A stretch of 64,000 nt of DNA from Candidatus Uhrbacteria bacterium (GTDB taxonomy: Bacteria > Patescibacteriota > Patescibacteriia > UBA9934 > GWF2-40-263). How positions within the stretch are numbered: the stretch's first letter is position 1; every line of letters starts with the position of its first letter. The notes under the pieces were generated by a model. It was not told the origin of the DNA and did no database searches. It worked only from the letters and a program-made list of their open reading frames with translations. Both the position numbers and the translations under genes were made by a program. Of the stretch, positions 18,978 to 26,791 are shown piece after piece. Location: NCBI GenBank assembly GCA_016206085.1, contig JACQSF010000022.1:3191-67190 (forward strand), written 5' to 3'.

Positions 18978-19396
18978 AGATTCTGTACATTGGAATCAGG
19001 CGTAATCCAATTTGTGATTGATCCCATGGAAATCGATGGGAGTTCAAAGTTCATGGGAAGAGAGGTGGAGATAAGCATGCCCGAGAGAATCGCAATCGCG
19101 ATGGAAAGAACAGCCACGAGCTTATTGACACTCATCGGCATGTGCTCACAGTTGCGACACGTCCCAATAAACACGTACTTGTGATGCACCTCAACAGGTC
19201 CATGCGATGTGTGTACCTCCTTCTCCACAACCGTTACAACAGGAACAGTCTGTTCTGAAACCTTCACACGCATCACAGGCTTCGCTTTCTTTGCAACCAC
19301 CTTCTTCACGATAGCTTTCTTTGCGGGAGCCTTCTTTGCAACAACCTTCTTGGTTGGAACGGGTGAGGCAGTGACCTTTTTTATTTTTGCGGGCAT
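18974..19396 (-). CDS. Lysine/alanine-rich (histone H1-like) protein with a C-terminal TM helix
   Basis: 140 aa. N-terminus KKVVAKKAPAKKAIVKKVVAKKAKP, a CxxC pair (CRNCEH), then a TM helix LVAVLSIAIAILSGMLI. ATGA overlap with the downstream gene. Confidence 0.5.
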   Translation of the reverse strand: MPAKIKKVTASPVPTKKVVAKKAPAKKAIVKKVVAKKAKPVMRVKVSEQTVPVVTVVEKEVHTSHGPVEVHHKYVFIGTCRNCEHMPMSVNKLVAVLSIAIAILSGMLISTSLPMNFELPSISMGSITNWITPDSNVQNL

Positions 19397-19428
19397 AAGA
19401 CAATGAACATTTAAAAATGTTGTTCAAA

Positions 19429-19896
19429 TTATAGCACACGCTCTCCCAGTCCTACTAGTATACTTCCGGAAAGGTCGAGCTCGGAGGTGAGCATCTGTGC
19501 ACCTAAGTCAAAAAACGTTGGGATCGCTTCCCACGAAAGCGTCTCTCGATTGAACTGATAGATCACAACCTCTTGAAGAGAAGCCCTAGCACTGAATTCT
19601 GAAAACGAAAATAAAAATTCGGCTTGCTCAAGTGTTCCAATACCCGAGAGAGTCACTTCATACACAGGACTCAGAAGACTCGGAATGGTGGTTTCCACGC
19701 CATCAAGACGTTCAATCAGCACCGTTCCCGTTGACCGAGTAACTCCCTCTACACGTAACACATTGTCTTGTGATACAGCGACGACTTGTTCAGGGCTTGG
19801 GCGAAGAATGAGAAGCGCACTGGCGATCAAAACAATCACGACCACGATCGCGATTGAGAAACTCGAATCTTTTTTCTTGGAGGTGCCCATACGCAC
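19429..19896 (-). CDS. Membrane-anchored hypothetical protein
   Basis: 155 aa with an N-terminal anchor IAIVVVIVLIASALLIL. No family recognised. Confidence 0.45.
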   Translation of the reverse strand: MRMGTSKKKDSSFSIAIVVVIVLIASALLILRPSPEQVVAVSQDNVLRVEGVTRSTGTVLIERLDGVETTIPSLLSPVYEVTLSGIGTLEQAEFLFSFSEFSARASLQEVVIYQFNRETLSWEAIPTFFDLGAQMLTSELDLSGSILVGLGERVL

Positions 19897-19899
19897 CCA

Positions 19900-20949
19900 C
19901 TATATCACAACAGACTCTTCCCACGGGAAGCCGGCGCGACCAAAATGCCCATACGCAGCCGTCGCGCGATACACTGGTTGAAACAGATTAAGTCGTTCAG
20001 CAATTGCCTCTGGACGGAAGTCGAATGTCTTCTTGAGTAACTCTGTTAAATCCATTTTTGCCCCGCGCGATTTCTCGCCCATGCCGGTCGCACACAGATG
20101 CACTGGCTCCGCTCGTCCCATCGAGTAGACCAAACTCACCATCGCGGAAGTCGCTAAGCCTTGCTCGACCAGGTAGCGCGCCGTGAACCGTGCCATGTAG
20201 GCACCTGCACGATCCACGCGAGATGGATCCTTGCCCGAGATCGACTTGTCTCCTTGGGGAATAAGTCCGCCGTAGGTGTCGACGGTCATTTTGCGCCCGC
20301 TCGCTCCAGAATCCGCTTTAAATCCTGCATCAATAAACGTCCCGATAGGATTGATGTACATCGCCACACCATTCTCCCCAAGAATCGGTACAAGCAAACG
20401 TTCCAAGAGCGCGGTCTTCACGTCTTTCTCGTCGATGCTCACCTGATGGGACGCGAGAACCGTCACACCACACACACGATCACCGTCCATCGTGAGTTGA
20501 ATCTTGCCATCTGGTTTGAGCCAAGAGAACGCGGGGTCGGTTTTGCGCAGATCGTCCAGACGTCGAGCGAGATTATGGGCATAGACAACCGCACGCGGCA
20601 AAAGCTCGCGTGTTTCATTCGTGGCAAAGCCGTTCACGACCACATTATCTGTCACCCCATTGTGCACACGCTTCATTTCTGCGGATTGTGTATCAATGTT
20701 CACGAATACCTCGACATCGTCTTTGTATCCAATCTCTGTGTACACCTGTTTGGCAAGCTCTCCCAGATCAAAATCAGCTGTACTGGTGACCTCTCCACCA
20801 ATCATGATCATGCCATGACTCCCTAGTACATTGATGTCCACACGCGCTTGCTTATCGCGTCGAAGATACTCGTCGACAATGGCGTCCGCAATCTGATCGC
20901 AAACTTTATCGGGGTGGCCTTGGGTGACAGACTCAACGGTTTTTTTCAT
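19900..20949 (-). CDS. metK: S-adenosylmethionine synthetase (short form)
   Basis: 349 aa. Motifs ESVTQGHPDKVCDQIADAIVD, GGEVTS, DSGASGRKMTVDTYGG and GKDPSRVDRAGAYMAR. Confidence 0.9.
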   Translation of the reverse strand: MKKTVESVTQGHPDKVCDQIADAIVDEYLRRDKQARVDINVLGSHGMIMIGGEVTSTADFDLGELAKQVYTEIGYKDDVEVFVNIDTQSAEMKRVHNGVTDNVVVNGFATNETRELLPRAVVYAHNLARRLDDLRKTDPAFSWLKPDGKIQLTMDGDRVCGVTVLASHQVSIDEKDVKTALLERLLVPILGENGVAMYINPIGTFIDAGFKADSGASGRKMTVDTYGGLIPQGDKSISGKDPSRVDRAGAYMARFTARYLVEQGLATSAMVSLVYSMGRAEPVHLCATGMGEKSRGAKMDLTELLKKTFDFRPEAIAERLNLFQPVYRATAAYGHFGRAGFPWEESVVI

Positions 20950-21072
20950 AGTTCGACAAGCTCACTACTTCGTACACTCGCTCGAGGATAGCAAAATGCC
21001 AGAAGCCTGTCAGGGGACGCGTGGGGATCACTTCGGGATAAGGAGTGACTTCCAGTTATCCACACGCATCTA

Positions 21073-21118
21073 TTGCGTTCGGTTTTTGTTCGGGCTACTA
21101 TACGAACATAAACCGAAC
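21073..21118 (+). promoter_or_regulatory. lexA promoter overlapped by a phased GTTC/GAAC operator-like array
   Basis: TTGCGT (21073-21078), 17 nt, TACTAT (21096-21101). GTTC-N7-GTTC (21077-21091) and GAAC-N7-GAAC (21104-21118) form a 16-nt inverted repeat (15/16 match) around the -10 box. Confidence 0.5.
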
Positions 21119-21125
21119 AATCTCT

Positions 21126-21740
21126 ATGCCACCTCTTACCAAGAAACAATCCGAGGTTCTGAACTTCATACGCAAACATCTAGAGGACAACGACTACGCT
21201 CCCTCTTACCGTGAGATCGCTGATCACTTTGGCCTCTCCTCCCCGGCGACCATTCACGGCCACGTGCAAACCCTTCTGGAAAAAGGACTCATCACGGCCG
21301 GAGAAGAGGGCGAGGCACGATCTATCGAACTCGTAGAAGAAGTTCCAAGAAGGGCATCCGTGATGCTCCCACTCGCAGGCCTGATCACGGCCGGTGAACC
21401 AATTGAAGCTGTGGAGGAGCACGAAGCCATGGCCGTTCCAGTCGATTTCGTTTTGGATGGTGCCAATTCGTATGTTCTGCGCGTGAAAGGACGCTCCATG
21501 ATCGAAGACGGGATTCTGGATGGTGATTTCGTGGTTATTGAACGAAATCCAAGCCCACGTAATGGTGAAGTTGTCGTGGCACTTCTAGATAATGCATTCG
21601 CCACACTTAAACGTTTTCATCGTGAACGAAACAGAATCCGTCTTCAACCCGCAAACAGCACCATGGAACCGATCTATGTCCAAGACTGTATCATTCAAGG
21701 AGTCGTGAGAGCGGTGATTCGAAAGTTCCAGCCGGTATAG
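21126..21740 (+). CDS. lexA: LexA repressor
   Basis: Starts at MPPLTKKQSEVLNFIRKHL (wHTH). Cleavage/peptidase S24 motifs include VKGRSMIEDGILDGDFVVI. The track's 27-codon N-terminal extension is rejected. Confidence 0.9.
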   Translation: MPPLTKKQSEVLNFIRKHLEDNDYAPSYREIADHFGLSSPATIHGHVQTLLEKGLITAGEEGEARSIELVEEVPRRASVMLPLAGLITAGEPIEAVEEHEAMAVPVDFVLDGANSYVLRVKGRSMIEDGILDGDFVVIERNPSPRNGEVVVALLDNAFATLKRFHRERNRIRLQPANSTMEPIYVQDCIIQGVVRAVIRKFQPV

Positions 21741-21742
21741 AA

Positions 21743-21825
21743 ACTAGGTTGATAGGTTGTAGGTTGTAGTAAATTCAATCTGCTACAACCTATCTGCCTA
21801 CAACCCAATCGCCTACTTCCTGACA
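21743..21825. repeat. Heptamer-based (TTGTAGG)n inverted repeat; likely the lexA terminator hairpin
   Basis: CTAGGTTGATAGGTTGTAGGTTGTAG ... CTACAACCTATCTGCCTACAACCCAATCGCCTAC. It shares the exact 16-mer AGGTTGTAGGTTGTAG (21754-21769) with 34796-34811 inside eno. Confidence 0.6.
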
Positions 21826-21937
21826 ATTTGAGATCCCATGACGAGGTGTGAAGGGATCCACACCTGGCCGTGGGGTTTTAGTTTGTCAAATTTCACCTCC
21901 CCACCTTTCCACCTAACCCCCTAACCACCTAACTCCT

Positions 21938-22117
21938 ATGTCTACCACTATATTGCGTCACCACCTCAATACGTTCGCATTCCTTCCTCGACAAAAGGAC
22001 AAACGGATCGTAAAGGGGTTCCGTGCACTAAAGATTCGAACCAGTCGACGTCGACTTAAACAGACGATCCGACAAATAATTAATCGTCGTACTCTACGCG
22101 TCCCAGTCTATGCATGA
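21938..22117 (+). CDS. Possible 59-aa highly basic mini-protein (below the ORF-track cutoff)
   Basis: My own translation: MSTTILRHHLNTFAFLPRQKDKRIVKGFRALKIRTSRRRLKQTIRQIINRRTLRVPVYA. Its stop overlaps the next ATG (ATGCATGA). Weak evidence. Confidence 0.3.
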   Translation: MSTTILRHHLNTFAFLPRQKDKRIVKGFRALKIRTSRRRLKQTIRQIINRRTLRVPVYA

Positions 22118-22358
22118 AATGCTCAATGACCCCATCGACGTCACGGTCGCGTTCATAGACAACCGTGTGCTTGTGCGTGCCATGCGTTGGAACGAACGTG
22201 AGTACAAAATCGATCACGTGAACCTGGTGCATACCGCGCGTGAAGGCGCCAAACGTGTGTTCTATTTCTCTGTCTCCGACGCCGCCAACTGCTTTAAACT
22301 CAAACTCGACCCCGAGTTCCTCGAGTGGCGCCTAGTCGAGCTCTATACCGATGGATAA
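22110..22358 (+). CDS. 82-aa hypothetical protein translationally coupled to dinB
   Basis: ORF track entry. Overlaps the dinB start by 8 nt (ATGGATAA). No family recognised. Confidence 0.5.
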   Translation: MHEMLNDPIDVTVAFIDNRVLVRAMRWNEREYKIDHVNLVHTAREGAKRVFYFSVSDAANCFKLKLDPEFLEWRLVELYTDG

Positions 22359-23574
22359 CACTGCCCGGATCATCCTCCACATCGACATGAATTCATACTT
22401 CGCCTCTGTTGAACAGCAGGCGAATCCGTTTTTGCGTGGGAAACCGATCGGCATCACGGGTAAGTCGCAAGAGCGCTCAATTGTCGCAACCGCGTCGATT
22501 GAAGCAAAGCGACTCGGCGTCAAAACAGCGATGTCGACCTGGGAGGCAAAAAAAGTCTGTCCACCGATTATTTTGTATCCAGGCGATCCAGAAAAATACT
22601 CCGACATCATGCATCGCTTTAACGCAATCTACGAATCCTTTACGCCAAACGTGGAACCGTTTAGCGTAGATGAAAGTTTTTTAGATATTACCGAGGAAGC
22701 GGAGGACTACTTCGGGGCGACGTGCATGGCACAAGCAATCCGATCGAGACTTCGCGAGGAACTCGGCGAACATATCACCGCCTCTATTGGCATCGCCCCA
22801 AACAAGCTCATGGCCAAACTCGCGTCCGAGACGGTCAAACCCAATGGCCTCACGGTCGTCCGCCCCCACGAAGTCCTCAACCTCCTTGATCGCTGCGAAC
22901 TCAACGACCTCTGCGGAATCGGCTCGCGGATCAAAGAGCGATTGAACGCATTGGGCATCTCAAACTTCAAACAGCTACGCGAGTTTCCACTGAAAAATCT
23001 CAAGGCAGAATTCCACAGCTATGGCGCCTGGCTCCACGAAGCGGCATGGGGACGAGAGATTGCTTCGCTCCCGACTGTCGCTCGCAATGACAGCAACCAA
23101 CCAAAATCCTATGGCCACTCCTACACGCTCCCACAAAACACCAGCGACCCGCGTGTCCTCAAGCACTACCTTTTCGGACTTGCGGACAAAGTCGGCTGGC
23201 GCATGCGCCGCGATGGAGTGACCGCCAGACGTGTAACAGCGTTTGTACGCTTCGGGGACTTCACGAGTCACGGTGAACAACGCACCTTCCATGAACCTAC
23301 CGCGGACGGAATACGACTGTTTCAGATGGCGTGGAACATCCTTAAACCGATTTGCCTTCTAGACGTCCGTCTGATCGGACTTTCTACGTCTCTTCTTTGT
23401 CATGGTTCAACTCAGCCGTCGCTATTCAAAAAAGAACGAAACATGACTTCCATCCTTTCTGCGCTCGATAAACTTCAGAGTCGATATGGCTCAGGCGTCT
23501 GGAAACGCGGCGCGACACTCCAGGCCGAGTTCAAATCTCGTTCAAGTGGATTTCACTTTGATCATGAGATTTAA
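22351..23574 (+). CDS. dinB: DNA polymerase IV (Y-family)
   Basis: 407 aa. Motifs ILHIDMNSYFASVEQ, SIDEAFLD-like VDESFLDIT and SIGIAPNKLMAKLAS. Confidence 0.9.
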   Translation: MDNTARIILHIDMNSYFASVEQQANPFLRGKPIGITGKSQERSIVATASIEAKRLGVKTAMSTWEAKKVCPPIILYPGDPEKYSDIMHRFNAIYESFTPNVEPFSVDESFLDITEEAEDYFGATCMAQAIRSRLREELGEHITASIGIAPNKLMAKLASETVKPNGLTVVRPHEVLNLLDRCELNDLCGIGSRIKERLNALGISNFKQLREFPLKNLKAEFHSYGAWLHEAAWGREIASLPTVARNDSNQPKSYGHSYTLPQNTSDPRVLKHYLFGLADKVGWRMRRDGVTARRVTAFVRFGDFTSHGEQRTFHEPTADGIRLFQMAWNILKPICLLDVRLIGLSTSLLCHGSTQPSLFKKERNMTSILSALDKLQSRYGSGVWKRGATLQAEFKSRSSGFHFDHEI

Positions 23575-23580
23575 ATCCTT

Positions 23581-23650
23581 GTCATCCCGAACGTAGTGAG
23601 GGATCTCCTTACCATTAGGAGATCCTTCGTCGCTTCGCTCCTCAGGATGA
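23581..23650. repeat. 70-nt palindromic repeat (GTCATCC...GGATGAC variant) between convergent genes
   Basis: GTCATCCCGAACGTAGTGAGGGATCTCC-TTACCATTA-GGAGATCCTTCGTCGCTTCGCTCCTCAGGATGAC. It probably doubles as a bidirectional terminator. Confidence 0.7.
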
Positions 23651-23661
23651 CAAAGGTATAA

Positions 23662-24225
23662 CTAATTCCCAAACTCTCCCTCGACCAGGTGCGCTCCTGG
23701 ATCTGAACTGCCATCGTACTGATTCACCGTAATGATCACCTGCGTGTAGCTTGAGTAATCTTCGGCGTCCGGTGCCTGCCACTCGATAACAAAATATCCT
23801 TCTTCATCCGTCACCATCTCGCCCAACGAAAAAAAATCATAAGGGAGTCGACTCAAAAGCCAAACTTGGTAATACGAAACTTCCCGATCGATCTCGGGAA
23901 GAGATGTCTTCATCTCAAAATAATAGCGGTCGTCTTTCTCCCCACGTGTGGCCGCACCGACGCGCTCACCACTCGCCATCCAGTTGAGCGTTGCCTCACG
24001 GCTTTGCGTATCAATTGCTCCATCGATCACGGCTTGCGAGATAGGATCGGGCTTGAGCACATTGGCAATAGACGAGACGACCAACTCTTCTTCGACTGGC
24101 TCCGAGCGAAACCACCGCACCGCCACAACGAAGATGATAAACAACAAAAATACAGCCATGATCGTTGTGATCATGGAACCCCAACGAGTCTTTCCCTTCT
24201 GGGGATTGTGATGAGAGAAGTTCAC
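23662..24225 (-). CDS. Single-pass membrane protein, RskA (anti-sigma-K) C-terminal-like
   Basis: 187 aa. TM helix ITTIMAVFLLFIIFVVAV. The extracytoplasmic domain has YYQVWLLSRLP...SLG, reminiscent of RskA. Weak call. Confidence 0.4.
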   Translation of the reverse strand: MNFSHHNPQKGKTRWGSMITTIMAVFLLFIIFVVAVRWFRSEPVEEELVVSSIANVLKPDPISQAVIDGAIDTQSREATLNWMASGERVGAATRGEKDDRYYFEMKTSLPEIDREVSYYQVWLLSRLPYDFFSLGEMVTDEEGYFVIEWQAPDAEDYSSYTQVIITVNQYDGSSDPGAHLVEGEFGN

Positions 24226-24231
24226 AATCAG

Positions 24232-24705
24232 CTAAGCCGCAACATCTTCTTGATCGCTTCCTTCCTTCCCTGTAGGACGACGACTTTGTTTGTGTGGTTT
24301 TTCAGCTCCACGATGCTTGTCCCCTCGCTTCCATTTACGTTCTGGAAACTTCGCCGTCTCGGCATACCGTCCCATTCGTCTTGATCCAACAACCCCACCT
24401 ACAGAATTCTCATGTTCTGGCAGACCTTCTCCTGGTTCAGATTCATCTGGTTCATCTGAAGAGGTGTCGGCTGGATCGAACTCTGGACCTTTCTCCTCGT
24501 CAACATCGGAGACAACGGGGTTCTCTCTTTCTATCACCATATCCTCGGGACTCAACCCAGGATCAGGAAGTTCCTCAACATCAATGTCATAATCAACTTT
24601 CCCGGGGATCCGCATAACATCCTTATCTGAATCTGGAGATAATTCTATCTCTGACTTTTTGGATTCTGGACGTACAAGTCGGCGTCGACCTTCGAACATG
24701 TTCAT
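24232..24705 (-). CDS. Acidic, low-complexity hypothetical protein
   Basis: 157 aa, predicted disordered (D/E/P/S-rich) with a basic C-terminus. Confidence 0.4.
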   Translation of the reverse strand: MNMFEGRRRLVRPESKKSEIELSPDSDKDVMRIPGKVDYDIDVEELPDPGLSPEDMVIERENPVVSDVDEEKGPEFDPADTSSDEPDESEPGEGLPEHENSVGGVVGSRRMGRYAETAKFPERKWKRGDKHRGAEKPHKQSRRPTGKEGSDQEDVAA

Positions 24706-24733
24706 ATGCTAGGCTTAATTATTGATACCTCGA

Positions 24734-25876
24734 TTATACAGCCCTCCTCACCGCTTCCGCCACCACGTTCGCAAGGCCTGGTTCAAACGGCGATGGCATG
24801 ATCTTCTCGCTGGTTGGTTCTGGCACGAGCTTCGCGAGCGCGTGCGCGGCAGCGACGTACATCGCCGGCGTGATGCGACGATGTCTACCCTCAAACACAC
24901 CCTTGAAAATCCCAGGAAAGGCCAAAACATTGTTCACCTGGTTTGGATAATCTGATCGTCCTGTTGCGACCACTGCAGCTCCGCCAGCACGCGCCTCATC
25001 GGGCATAATCTCAGGGACAGGATTGGCCATCGCAAACACGATTGGTTTCTCCGTCATCGTGCGTATCATGTCCGCCGTGACGAGTCCCGGTTGACTCACG
25101 CCGATGAACACATCCGCCCCCACAAGCGCGTCGGCCAACGTACCCGTACGGCCTTCGGAATTGATTCGCGCGGCAAGTTTCTCCTTGTAGCTATTCATCC
25201 CTTCACGACCCGGAGCGATGATGCCCTTAGAATCAATCATGGCGAGCTTTGTCATTCCTGCCTCAAAGAGAAGATGTGTAATCCCCATCCCGCCAGCACC
25301 TGCACCTGAGATAACAACAGACACCTCCTCAAGTTTCTTTCCAACCACCTTAAGCGCGTTCAACAGTCCCGCCAGCACCACCACCGCCGTGCCATGCTGG
25401 TCGTCGTGCATGACTGGAATATCGAGCTCTTCGATGAGCCGACGCTCCACTTCAAAACACGCCGGCGCTGCGATGTCCTCAAGATTGATTCCACCAAATC
25501 CAGGAGCAATTCTTTTTACCGTCTCGACGATCTCGTCAACATCTTGTGTCGCAAGACAAATCGGGAACGCGTCGATACCGGCAAAGCGTTTAAACAAAAT
25601 CGCCTTGCCTTCCATGACCGGAAGTCCAGCCTCGGGGCCGATGTTCCCAAGTCCCAAGACCGCCGACCCATCCGTCACCACAGCCACGGTTCGACCCTTG
25701 ATCGTCAGATCCCAAGCACGTTCTTTGTCCGCGGCGATCACACGACACGGCTCAGCCACGCCTGGCGTGTAGGCTGTTGAGAGGTCGTCTTTGTTCTCAA
25801 TGGCGACGACCGATTCGACGGAAAGTTTGCCTTTATAACGCTTGTGCATCTCAAGCGACGCTTCGTTGTAATTCAT
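24734..25876 (-). CDS. NAD(P)-dependent malic enzyme
   Basis: 380 aa. Motifs LSTAYTPGVAEPC, VAVVTDGSAVLGLGNIGPEAGLPVMEGKAILFK and ISGAGAGG. Confidence 0.9.
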   Translation of the reverse strand: MNYNEASLEMHKRYKGKLSVESVVAIENKDDLSTAYTPGVAEPCRVIAADKERAWDLTIKGRTVAVVTDGSAVLGLGNIGPEAGLPVMEGKAILFKRFAGIDAFPICLATQDVDEIVETVKRIAPGFGGINLEDIAAPACFEVERRLIEELDIPVMHDDQHGTAVVVLAGLLNALKVVGKKLEEVSVVISGAGAGGMGITHLLFEAGMTKLAMIDSKGIIAPGREGMNSYKEKLAARINSEGRTGTLADALVGADVFIGVSQPGLVTADMIRTMTEKPIVFAMANPVPEIMPDEARAGGAAVVATGRSDYPNQVNNVLAFPGIFKGVFEGRHRRITPAMYVAAAHALAKLVPEPTSEKIMPSPFEPGLANVVAEAVRRAV

Positions 25877-25885
25877 AGTTGATTG

Positions 25886-26080
25886 TTAAAGTTGTGCAAG
25901 TTCTTCCTTGATGAGACCGCGGTAGAGTTCCACTCGAGCCTTCTGGAGGAGATGCGTGCTTTCGTATCCAGCCATAACTCGAGTCAGCATGTCATACATT
26001 CTTGTGACACGAAAATTCTTCCTCTTCTGTACATCGCCACCTGTTACTTGTCGAGTAATCGTATCCTCATCAATAGACAA
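25886..26080 (-). CDS. Possible 64-aa hypothetical protein
   Basis: ORF track only. Lies in an AT-richer patch with tight spacing to its neighbours. Confidence 0.3.
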   Translation of the reverse strand: MSIDEDTITRQVTGGDVQKRKNFRVTRMYDMLTRVMAGYESTHLLQKARVELYRGLIKEELAQL

Positions 26081-26085
26081 TAAAA

Positions 26086-26583
26086 CTACTTTTGCAAGCT
26101 ACTTTCTCTCATCTTTTTTCGTTCCATTTCTTTTTGCCGACGACCGTATACAAAAACACTCGCCAGGGAAACGAGTGTTCCACCACCAATAATACCTGCG
26201 ACGATCTCTCTTCCAATCAAACCAAGTGCAAACGCACAGACGAGTCCAAATACCGCAATACAAAACCCAAACCTCTGTCCTCGTTCTGATTTTTTAATGT
26301 CTGACAAAATGACAGAATGCTCAAGCAATATGCGATGTGCAGCTTGTTTCTCGGCCATCTGCAACAGTCTTTCAGCGGCACCTGGGACAATCTGGTCGTA
26401 TTCTCGAAAAAGGGATGGGGGCGGAATCGGTCCTGAAAATTCTTGGTGTTGTACGGTCGCGATATTTTTATCCATCCTCTGAATCTCTTCTGTTTGATGA
26501 GGCATACTACCCATTCGCCGCATCCACTTGTTTCTCGATTTCTTTCCCATAAGTTTGTATGGCTGAGGAAATATCCTGACCAA
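26086..26583 (-). CDS. DUF2335 domain membrane protein
   Basis: FSGPIPPPSLFREYDQIVPGAAERLLQMAEKQAAHR followed by two TM helices. The true start is probably an internal Met near 26505-26514. Confidence 0.6.
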   Translation of the reverse strand: MVRIFPQPYKLMGKKSRNKWMRRMGSMPHQTEEIQRMDKNIATVQHQEFSGPIPPPSLFREYDQIVPGAAERLLQMAEKQAAHRILLEHSVILSDIKKSERGQRFGFCIAVFGLVCAFALGLIGREIVAGIIGGGTLVSLASVFVYGRRQKEMERKKMRESSLQK

Positions 26584-26746
26584 CCATTCGCCAGTCGTTT
26601 ACCGTCGCACGTATGTCAGCTTCTTCTGGAGTACGACTCTCATTATAACTATCAAAATTACCTGTCAGATCAAGCGTACGAGAAAATCCTTCAAAAAACG
26701 AAGGTCTAGCAAATAAATAATTCGAAACAAAAATTTCAAAACCCAT
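26507..26746 (-). CDS. Possible 79-aa hypothetical protein
   Basis: ORF track only. It ends where the probable DUF2335 start lies. Confidence 0.35.
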   Translation of the reverse strand: MGFEIFVSNYLFARPSFFEGFSRTLDLTGNFDSYNESRTPEEADIRATVNDWRMVGQDISSAIQTYGKEIEKQVDAANG

Positions 26747-26791
26747 ATCTGAATATACTATACCACCATAAAATCATTCGAGAAAGCAATC

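Noticed and set aside
21056-21064. Perfect DnaA box TTATCCACA in the metK-lexA spacer (also TTATCCACG at ~46037)
   Set aside because: These are isolated single boxes with no cluster and no adjacent AT-rich unwinding element, so they do not amount to an origin.
20950-21072. Possible SAM riboswitch in the metK leader
   Set aside because: I read the minus-strand leader and found none of the conserved SAM-I/II core sequences, nor an obvious four-way junction. Only a covariance-model scan could settle it.
21844-21879. Hairpin AGGTGTG-AAGGGATC-CACACCT followed by GGCCGTGGGGTTTT between lexA and the dinB operon, resembling the cassette terminators
   Set aside because: It is probably just a second lexA terminator or attenuator. 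No GC-rich coding remnant flanks it, so I do not count it as a fifth, decayed cassette.
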